A DNA stretch of 32,000 bases from Geodermatophilus tzadiensis (GTDB lineage Bacteria > Actinomycetota > Actinomycetes > Mycobacteriales > Geodermatophilaceae), in contig NZ_PVTG01000024.1 of assembly GCF_003002915.1 (NCBI RefSeq), positions 19,642 through 51,641 of the forward strand, read 5' to 3'. Below the pieces are notes generated by a model, which was not told where the DNA came from, made no database searches, and saw only the letters and a list, made by a program, of their open reading frames with translations. A program made the position numbers and the translations under genes. This document shows, piece by piece, positions 7,536-14,288 of the stretch. The stretch's first letter is position 1, and the number at the start of each line of letters is the position of its first letter.

Positions 7536-8740
7536 GCGCCCCCCGCCTCGTCGCACCCGCAGAGTGGGTGCCGCCACCCCTGCACCCGTCCGGTAAGCAG
7601 CCAGTCGGCCCCCGCCGACAGCCCGCCACGACACAGGCCGGACCCGCCCTGCAGTTCCGGTCCTTCGCGCAGCTCGCGGCCGACGCCGACGCCGCCGGAC
7701 CCCGGCGCTGGCTCATCCGCGGCATCTGGCCCGCCGGTGCCTACGGTGTTCACGCCGCCGAGCCCAAGGCCGGGAAGACCTGGAACGCCCTCGACCTGGC
7801 CGTCTCCGTCGCCTCCGGCACGCCTTGGCTCGGACAGCACCCGATCGACACCGTCGGCCCCGTCGTCGTGTTCGCCGGCGAAGGCGGCGACGGCAACGTC
7901 GTCCGTCGCGTCCGCGCGATCGCTGCCGACCGCGACATCTCCGCCGACAACCTCGCGATCAGCGTGTGCACCCGTGCACCCCACCTCGCCGACGAGGTGC
8001 ACCTCAAGGCCATGGCCGACCACCTCGCCCAGGCTCGCCCCGTCCTCGTCGTCCTCGACCCCCTCTACCTCGCCGCCGGCGGGGCGAACGGCGCCGACCT
8101 CTACGCCATGGGCCAGCTCCTCGAGCGGCCCCAGCACCTCTGCGAAGCAGCCGGCGCCGCCCTCATCGTCGTCACCCACTTCAACCGCGCCCGCGACCTC
8201 AAGGGCGCCGCCCGCATCACCGGCGCCGGCCCCGCCGAGTGGGGCCGCGTGCTCATCTCCGCCGGCGTCGTCTCCCGGCACACCGACCCGACCACCCAGG
8301 CCACCACTGTCCTCACCGAGCTCGACGTCCGAGGCGGCGAGGTCCCCGACACCACCGTGCGGCTCCGGCGCACCATCCGCGCGATCGACCCGGACGACCT
8401 CGACAGCCCCCTCGAGTACCGCGTCGACGCGCCCGACACCGTTGACCACACCCCGGCAGGCGCCGGCAGCGGCCTCACCCCGGCCGCCGCCAAGCTCCTC
8501 GCCGCACTCGACGCACAGGACAAGCCCGTGCCCTTGTCCGTCCTCGTCGACCACGTCGTCGCCACTCACGGCCACCCGCTGAAGCGACCCACCTGCTCCA
8601 CGGAGCTGAACAAGCTCCGTGCCCGAGGCCTCGCCGACCACACAGGCGCTGGCGCCGGACGCGAGCGGCTCTGGTACCGGGTGCGGCAGGACGTCGCCGC
8701 CCCGGGCTATCCCGCCCGACCTGTCAGCACTGTCACCTGA
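7532..8740 (+). CDS. RepA-like RecA-fold ATPase (AAA_25-type) with a C-terminal winged-helix-like region; candidate replication protein of the element
   Basis: This is the frame of track ORF 6962..8740, started at GTG 7532 (GTGA overlap). Walker A is HAAEPKAGKTW, Walker B is PVLVVLDPLY, followed by ALIVVTHFNRA. The C-terminus LTPAAAKLLAALDAQDKPVPLSVLVDHVVATHGHPLKRPTCSTELNKLRARGLADH looks winged-helix-like. The part of the track ORF upstream of 7532 is Pro/Arg-rich shadow translation. Confidence 0.78.
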   Translation: MSAPRLVAPAEWVPPPLHPSGKQPVGPRRQPATTQAGPALQFRSFAQLAADADAAGPRRWLIRGIWPAGAYGVHAAEPKAGKTWNALDLAVSVASGTPWLGQHPIDTVGPVVVFAGEGGDGNVVRRVRAIAADRDISADNLAISVCTRAPHLADEVHLKAMADHLAQARPVLVVLDPLYLAAGGANGADLYAMGQLLERPQHLCEAAGAALIVVTHFNRARDLKGAARITGAGPAEWGRVLISAGVVSRHTDPTTQATTVLTELDVRGGEVPDTTVRLRRTIRAIDPDDLDSPLEYRVDAPDTVDHTPAGAGSGLTPAAAKLLAALDAQDKPVPLSVLVDHVVATHGHPLKRPTCSTELNKLRARGLADHTGAGAGRERLWYRVRQDVAAPGYPARPVSTVT

Positions 8741-8835
8741 CACGTCATCTGACACCCCCTGACAGGGGGTGTCAGCGTCAGCTGACACCTATATACGGGA
8801 CACCTCCTGCTGACACCCCTCCGCTGACACCTCCC
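8721..8835. repeat. Iteron-like CTGACAC repeat cluster with an embedded hairpin and an AT-rich patch (candidate ori or Rep-binding site)
   Basis: CTGACAC occurs at 8737-8743, 8749-8755, 8782-8788, 8810-8816 and 8824-8830. An inverted copy GTGTCAG is at 8769-8775. Variants are CTGTCAG 8721-8727, CTGTCAC 8730-8736, CTGACAG 8759-8765 and GGACACC 8798-8804. The longer unit GCTGACACC occurs three times, and the last two copies are 14 bp apart. A perfect hairpin CTGACACCCCC-TGACA-GGGGGTGTCAG spans 8749-8775. GTCAGCTGAC at 8777-8786 is a palindrome, and TATATA lies around 8790-8795. Confidence 0.65.
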
Positions 8836-9413
8836 GGCTGCCCGAGTGGCCACCGCGCCGACCGCGGCGGCGCCGGAGGTCTGGATCTCATGGACCTGCT
8901 GTACCTCGAGGACGGATCGGAGGGTCGCCGCTCCACTCGGCGACGTCCGGGCGAGTGCGGCGGCACTGCCGCCGGCGCGTGTCAGGTAGTGGTCACTGCA
9001 ACTTCGATGAGTACGCCGACGGGGCTGGCCTCGCGCCCGGGCGCGTGGGGCGCCCCCGAAACTCCCGAAACATGATCCGCAGTCGCGAGATCCGCGAGAT
9101 CCGCAACAGTCCTTCGTGCAGGCGCGCGTAGGGGGAAGGCCGAAAGGGCCGGAACTCGGCACGCTTGGGGCTGAGCGGGTATGTGGCGCGGTCGCGTCCG
9201 CGTGCTCGACCCTATGCGAGCAGGGGTGCTGACCTCACTGTTCGTCCCGCTGTGTGCCACTGCTTCAGGGCGGGCCGTAGAACGCCGCGGCTCAATCCTG
9301 CGGACGGAACCGTCCTGCTGTGTATTACGGCCGTGCCCTGCCGCAACTGAGCGTCGAAGCCTTGTCGACCCGGGATGCCTGATGGGAACGCTGAGGCGAC
9401 TTACCGTGGCCGG

Positions 9414-9761
9414 ATGCCGACGTCCCCCAGCCGTCGCGTCTTCGGTCGGGCGTTGATGGTTCTGCTCGCTGTCGCGACACTGCTGTTGACTGGCGCCGGC
9501 TCTGCGACCGCGCACACCAACCGGGGCGTGGCCGCCAGCGACTACATGCCGGGAGCATCCGCGGACGTCCGTGCCCGTTCCCGGAGTGGAGCTGCAGATG
9601 GCGGATTCGGCGACAGTCTGGAGTTGTGCAACCGCTCGGCGGAGACCGTCACCGTCTACGGCTACTCCGATGAGGAGTACCTGCGCATCGGTCCGGACGG
9701 CGTGTGGCGTAACGCCAACAGCCCGGCGACCTACATCAACGGCGTCTCGCCCGCGGATTAG
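9414..9761 (+). CDS. Small secreted hypothetical protein (possibly a truncated remnant)
   Basis: MPTSPSRRVFGRALMVLLAVATLLLTGAGSATA|HTNRG... is a clear Sec-type signal peptide. The mature part is only ~80 aa (…SLELCNRSAETVTVYGYSDEEYLRIGPDGVWRNANSPATYINGVSPAD*). GC3 is moderate, and the ORF sits isolated in a poorly coding ~1-kb stretch. Confidence 0.45.
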   Translation: MPTSPSRRVFGRALMVLLAVATLLLTGAGSATAHTNRGVAASDYMPGASADVRARSRSGAADGGFGDSLELCNRSAETVTVYGYSDEEYLRIGPDGVWRNANSPATYINGVSPAD

Positions 9762-9794
9762 CTCTCCGTAGGTGCTCGTCCGACCTGGCCGACG

Positions 9795-9809
9795 CGCGTG
9801 GGCCACGCG
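9795..9809. promoter_or_regulatory. 15-bp perfect palindrome CGCGTGG-G-CCACGCG upstream of pglW
   Basis: Read directly from the sequence. It lies 34 nt after the stop of ORF 9414-9761 and 75 nt before the pglW GTG. It could be an operator or a weak terminator stem. No U-tract follows. Confidence 0.35.
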
Positions 9810-9883
9810 GTGCGCTGCCAAGGATTGGGCGCCTGGGAGACTTGCGCGACGCCGCACGGTCGCTCGACGGAGAAGGAGAGGGT

Positions 9884-12800
9884 GTGCCGCACGCTCCGCG
9901 GTGGGTTGAGGTCACCCCGTCGCCCTTCACGCACGAGGCGGAGGGCCTACGAACGGTCCGCGACCTCCTCCCGCAGACCTCCCCTTACCGCGCCTGGTCG
10001 AACGTCGAGTTCCGCGACGGCCAGGGCAAGTGGCACGAGGTCGACCTCATCGTCCTCGGCCAGCGCCGGCTGCATCTCGTCGAGCTGAAGTACTACAGCG
10101 GCACACTTCGCGGCGACGACCTACGCTGGCTCCGCGACGGCCACCGCGCCGAGGACTCCCCGCTCAAGCTGGCCCGACGCAAGGCGCAGCGGCTGGCCAG
10201 CCGGCTCCGCGACGAGCTGGTGCGCTGGGCCGAGGAGCGCGGCGTGCGCCCGGAGGAGGTTCGGCACCTCGTTCCCTGGGTCCAGGAGTCGGTCTTCCTG
10301 CACCACCCCGGCCTGCGCTGCGCCTTACCGCGCGCCTCTCAGGTCGACCTCTTCGGTCTCGACGACCGCGAGGCCACCTCTGGACTGCCCGGCATCTCCA
10401 CCCGGCTGCTGGAACCACCGGCCGGCGGGCAGGCTGTCAGCCGAGAGCTGGAAGGCCTGCTGGTCGACCTCATGGGTCGCATCGGACTGGTCCAGCGCCG
10501 TCAGCGCGAGCTTGGCTCCTGGGTCATCGACGACGAGCCGCTCGGGGAGGGCGAGGGCTGGCAGGACTGGTCGGCCACCCACCGGCACATCGGCGCCGAC
10601 CGCGCCCGCATCCGGGTCCGCGTCGTTCCGCCGGGTGCCGAGCGCGCCGAGCGCGATCGGATCCGCAAGGTCGTCGAGCACGAGTACCGGGTCATGACCC
10701 GGCTCGCCCACGACGGGCTGCTGCGCCCGCGGGACCTTCTCGACGACGAGCTGGGCATCGGCCTGGTCTACCCCTACGACGAGGACTTCCAGCGGCTGGA
10801 CCTGTGGCAGGCCGAGCGACCGCAGGGCGTCTCACTGGTCGACCAGCTGAACCTCGTCCGCCAGGTCGCCGAGGCGGTCGGCTACGCCCACCGCCACCGG
10901 GTCGTTCACCGCGGCCTGACGCCGTTCGCCGTCTCGGTCAAGACGACCCGAGACGCCGGCCTGCAGGTTCTCGTCGGTGACTGGCAGAGCTCCGGCTCCG
11001 TGTCGGGGGAGGCCCTCACCGGGATGGCCACCAGCGGGGTCACCGCCCTGGCGGCCACCGAGGTCCGCGACCGGCTCGGCGCCATCCTGCAGCCGGCCGG
11101 CGTCGATGCCGACCGGCGGACGGCGGAGGCGTTCCAGGCGCCCGAGGGCGTATGGAACCGCGATGCCGACCGGGTGCGCCTGGACGTCTTCGCGCTCGGC
11201 GCGCTGACCTACTTCGTCCTGGCCGGGCGCCCGCCGGCGCCGGACCGCGCCGGTCTGCGCGACCGGCTGTTACGCGACCGCGGATTGGACCTCGCCGCGG
11301 ACCTGCCCCAGGTGTCCTCGGCCCTGCGCACGCTGGTCCTGGAGGCGACCCGACCCGCGGTCAGCGACCGGCTGCCCGACGTCGGGGCCTTCCTCGACCG
11401 CCTCGCGCAGGCCGAGCGCGCGCTCACCTCTGGTGACGAGGTCAGCGACCCGCTGGAGGCGAACCCCGGCGACGTCGTCGGTGACCGCTGGCAGCTCGAG
11501 CGCCGCCTCGGCGCCGGGTCCACCGCCGTCGGCCTGCTCGTCTCCGACCTCACGGCCGGCTCGGGGCCGGAGGCTCGCCGGGTGCTCAAGGTCGGCATCA
11601 ACGATGCCGCGGTGGCACGGCTGGACGCCGAGGCCGACGTTCTCCGGTCGCTCGACCACCCGCGGATCGTGAGGCTGGCCGAGGGACCCGTCCAGCTGGG
11701 CACCCGCCGCGCCCTCGTGCTTCACCCGGCCGGCGACCAGACCCTCGCCGAGGTCCTCTACGGGCGGCCCCGGCTCTCCCTGGACCTGCTCGAGCGGTGG
11801 GGCGCCGACCTGCTGCAGGCCCTTACCGTGCTGGACCGCGCCGGGATCGATCACCGCGACATCAAGCCGGCCAACCTCGGCGTCCGTGAGGAGCGCGGAG
11901 AGCGCGGGGACCGCGCCAAGCACCTGGTCCTCTTCGATTTCTCCCTGGCGCGGGCGGGTGCGACGGCGGTCAACGCCGGGACGCCGCCCTACCTGGACCC
12001 GTTCCTGGAGAGCCCCGGACGCGGCCGGTACGACTCGGCGGCCGAGCGGTACTCCGCCGCCGTCGTCCTCTTCGAGATGGCTACGGGGGCGACGCCGGTG
12101 TTCGGCGACGGCCTCAGCGACCCGGCCGCCGTACCCGACGAGGCCGCGGTCCACGAGGCGCTGTTCGACCCCGCCGTGGCCCCGGCTCTCGTCGACTTCT
12201 TCCGAACCGCGCTGGCCCGGAAGGCCACCCAGCGGCACCACACCGCCGCCGACATGCTCAGCGCCTGGACGTCGGTGTTCGTCCCGCTGCCCATGTCGGT
12301 TCCGGACGATGCTGAGGCCCGCGTGGAGGCCGCCCAGCCGTCGACGCCGCTGGCCGAGGCGGGCCTGTCCGCCCGAGCCCTCTCCGCACTCGAACCGTTC
12401 GGGGTCAGCACCGTCGGTGACCTGGTGGCCCTCGACCCCGTCCGGCTCAACCGGCTTTCCGGCGTGGCCGAGCCGACGCGCCGGGAGGTCAAGCAGCGGG
12501 CCAAGCAATGGCGCGACCGCTTCGGCTCGGTCGTTACTGGGCGCAGCCGCTTGGCACCGGCTGCCGACGCCGGCACGTCCCCGACGCCGACGCGAGCGGC
12601 GCAGCTGCTGCTCGACGCGGTCGGGTCGGCTCGCGCCCAGAGCCGCCGGAAGGCCGCCGGGCTGATGCTCGGGCTCGAACGGGGCCTGGACGCCTTCGCG
12701 ACCCAGGATGAGGTGGCAGCGGCCCTCGGCTTCACGCGGGCACGTGCCGCGCAGATGGTCTCGGAGATGCAGGATGCTTGGGCGGCGAATCCGGCCACCT

Positions 12801-14149
12801 GCGCCGTCCTGCAGGACGTCGGGGCGGTCGCGACCCGGGCCCTGGCCGACCTCGGCGGCGTCGGGACCGTCGAGGAGCTCGCCGGTGCCGTCCTGGCCGC
12901 GCTCCCGGCTGGGGACGCGGACGGCGTGTTCCCAGAGCGCCTGGCCGCCGGCCTGCTCCGGGCCGCGCTCGACCGGTTGGACGCGCTGCAGCGAGCCGAC
13001 GCCGACGAGGCAGGGCTGACCAAGCGCCGCCGGCAGGGCCGGGTCCTGGCCGTGGCGACGGAGGCCGAGCTGCTCGACCTCGCCGACGCGCTCGGCCGGC
13101 GCGCCGACGAGCTGGTGTTCGAGGCTCGATCCGCGGCAGAGCCGGTCGTGGCCCGGGGGCGGGCCGTCGGTGCGCTTCGGGAGATGGCTGACCAAGCCGG
13201 CGACGTCCGGACGGCGCCGGCGGACGAGCGGCTGCTCCGGTTGGCCGCTGCCTTCTCGCAGGCCGCCGCCATCTCCGGCCGCGGGGAGCTGCACGCCCGC
13301 GACCTCGAGCCGGTTCCCGCCCTCCAGCTGGCCCTCGCCGGGGTGGGGGGAGGGCAGGAGATCGCCGCGCAGGAGATCCGGGACCGGGTGCGCGCCCGCT
13401 TCCCGGCCCTGCCACCGTTGCCCGATCGCCCCCGGCTGGACGCGCTGATCGACGAGGCGGGCCTGCCGCTGCTCTACGACGAGCAGCTGCGTGCCTTCCG
13501 CGCCCCGGTCGTGGCCGCCGACACGACGGGGCTGGAGTCGCGGGTCGTCACGGCTGTCGCTCCATCCGGTGCGCCGCTGTCGGTCTCCGGCGGTCAGCTG
13601 GACCGCCGGCTGGCGGAGAGCGCCCGGTCCCGGTCGTTCCTGGCGCTGGGTGTCGAGGCACCCCGGGCGGACCGGGCGGTCGAGGCGCTGGTCAAGCGGC
13701 ACGGCGCGCACGTCGTTGACCTCACCGGCGTACTCATCGACGAGCTGCACCGGCAGGCCGAAGGGCGCATCCCCTGGCCGGCGGTCGTGGCCGCCGACGC
13801 CCGCCCGCTCGGCACCCGGGAGGCGGAGGGACTGGCCCGGCTGGTCGCCCTCGCCCTGCCCGGTGTCGAGCGCGCGATCGAGGACGCGGCTGGGGAGGCG
13901 GACGACGCCCGGCCCGTGCTGCTGGTGGAGGCGGCACCGCTGGCCCGCTACGACCAGCTGGCGCTGCTCAGCCGGTGGACTGACCTGGCCGCGCCGCGGC
14001 AGCAGGCGATCTGGCTGCTCGTGCCGCAGCTCTCCGGCAACACCGGCGCCATGATCGACGGCCGTCCGCTGCCGCTGGCCGCACCGGGCCAGTTCGTCCG
14101 GCTGGACGAGGAGTGGCTGACCCCGCTTACCGCGCCCGCCGGCCGGTGA
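9884..14149 (+). CDS. pglW: BREX type 2 / Pgl protein PglW: NERD domain + degenerate kinase-like domain + canonical Ser/Thr protein kinase domain + HhH-containing C-terminal region
   Basis: The start is GTG 9884, 5 nt after GAAGGAGAG (the track start TTG 9842 is less likely). NERD-like WHEVDLIVLGQRRLHLVELKYYSG lies at ~10030-10100. The first kinase-like domain has HRHRVVHRGLTPFAV and VGDWQ in place of HRD and DFG. The second has LGAGSTAVG, RRVLKV, IDHRDIKPANLGV, LFDFSLA and GTPPYLDPF. GLSARALSALEPFGVSTVGDLV resembles the HhH of the RNA polymerase alpha CTD. At ~1420 aa it matches the large PglW of type 2 BREX. Confidence 0.9.
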   Translation: MPHAPRWVEVTPSPFTHEAEGLRTVRDLLPQTSPYRAWSNVEFRDGQGKWHEVDLIVLGQRRLHLVELKYYSGTLRGDDLRWLRDGHRAEDSPLKLARRKAQRLASRLRDELVRWAEERGVRPEEVRHLVPWVQESVFLHHPGLRCALPRASQVDLFGLDDREATSGLPGISTRLLEPPAGGQAVSRELEGLLVDLMGRIGLVQRRQRELGSWVIDDEPLGEGEGWQDWSATHRHIGADRARIRVRVVPPGAERAERDRIRKVVEHEYRVMTRLAHDGLLRPRDLLDDELGIGLVYPYDEDFQRLDLWQAERPQGVSLVDQLNLVRQVAEAVGYAHRHRVVHRGLTPFAVSVKTTRDAGLQVLVGDWQSSGSVSGEALTGMATSGVTALAATEVRDRLGAILQPAGVDADRRTAEAFQAPEGVWNRDADRVRLDVFALGALTYFVLAGRPPAPDRAGLRDRLLRDRGLDLAADLPQVSSALRTLVLEATRPAVSDRLPDVGAFLDRLAQAERALTSGDEVSDPLEANPGDVVGDRWQLERRLGAGSTAVGLLVSDLTAGSGPEARRVLKVGINDAAVARLDAEADVLRSLDHPRIVRLAEGPVQLGTRRALVLHPAGDQTLAEVLYGRPRLSLDLLERWGADLLQALTVLDRAGIDHRDIKPANLGVREERGERGDRAKHLVLFDFSLARAGATAVNAGTPPYLDPFLESPGRGRYDSAAERYSAAVVLFEMATGATPVFGDGLSDPAAVPDEAAVHEALFDPAVAPALVDFFRTALARKATQRHHTAADMLSAWTSVFVPLPMSVPDDAEARVEAAQPSTPLAEAGLSARALSALEPFGVSTVGDLVALDPVRLNRLSGVAEPTRREVKQRAKQWRDRFGSVVTGRSRLAPAADAGTSPTPTRAAQLLLDAVGSARAQSRRKAAGLMLGLERGLDAFATQDEVAAALGFTRARAAQMVSEMQDAWAANPATCAVLQDVGAVATRALADLGGVGTVEELAGAVLAALPAGDADGVFPERLAAGLLRAALDRLDALQRADADEAGLTKRRRQGRVLAVATEAELLDLADALGRRADELVFEARSAAEPVVARGRAVGALREMADQAGDVRTAPADERLLRLAAAFSQAAAISGRGELHARDLEPVPALQLALAGVGGGQEIAAQEIRDRVRARFPALPPLPDRPRLDALIDEAGLPLLYDEQLRAFRAPVVAADTTGLESRVVTAVAPSGAPLSVSGGQLDRRLAESARSRSFLALGVEAPRADRAVEALVKRHGAHVVDLTGVLIDELHRQAEGRIPWPAVVAADARPLGTREAEGLARLVALALPGVERAIEDAAGEADDARPVLLVEAAPLARYDQLALLSRWTDLAAPRQQAIWLLVPQLSGNTGAMIDGRPLPLAAPGQFVRLDEEWLTPLTAPAGR

Positions 14150-14211
14150 CCGGCTCATCAGATCGGGGCGGGAGGCGCGCCGGAACGTGGTCGTCCGCAT
14201 ATCGCTGGCTA

Positions 14212-14230
14212 GCCTGCGGGCGGCGCAGGC
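14212..14230 (+). other. GC-rich hairpin in the pglW-pglX spacer (GCCTGCG-GGCGG-CGCAGGC)
   Basis: A 7-bp perfect stem with a 5-nt loop, 63 nt after the pglW stop and 59 nt before the pglX ATG. No U-tract follows. Confidence 0.3.
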
Positions 14231-14288
14231 CGGCACACCAGACCCAGGATCAGTACGACGGCCTCCGCTGGGGGGCGAGGAGTAGTTC

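Larger units (their letters stand above)
3976..8835. mobile_element. Core module (int - HTH - xre - xis - small ORFs - repA-like - iterons) of an integrative element inserted at the 3' end of tRNA-Lys; right boundary undetermined
   Basis: A tyrosine integrase abuts and overlaps the tRNA 3' end. Excisionase-type and Xre-type HTH genes, a RecA-fold AAA_25-like ATPase and an iteron cluster follow. No direct repeat of the tRNA 3' half (attR) was found anywhere in 3976-32000. The element may therefore continue through the BREX locus and beyond the window. Confidence 0.7.

Noticed and set aside
8721-8835. The CTGACAC repeat cluster, considered as a CRISPR array.
   Set aside because: The units are 7-9 bp with irregular 5-20 bp spacing and mixed orientation. 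This is far from the 23-50 bp repeats and regular spacers of a CRISPR array, and no cas genes are present.
8982-9857. 291-aa minus-strand ORF, together with 8707..9162(-), spanning the gap between the rep module and pglW.
   Set aside because: The translations are Arg/Gly/Thr-rich with no hydrophobic core pattern. They run antisense to the only signal-peptide-bearing ORF and across the iteron and tandem-repeat DNA. Codon third positions show no coding-type bias by eye.
14270-14275. A G6 homopolymer near pglX, considered as the kind of G-tract phase-variation switch reported for pglX in S. coelicolor.
   Set aside because: The run lies upstream of the ATG, before the RBS, so length changes would not shift the frame. 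I saw no run of 7 or more G or C inside pglX. Runs of 5-6 are common in this composition.
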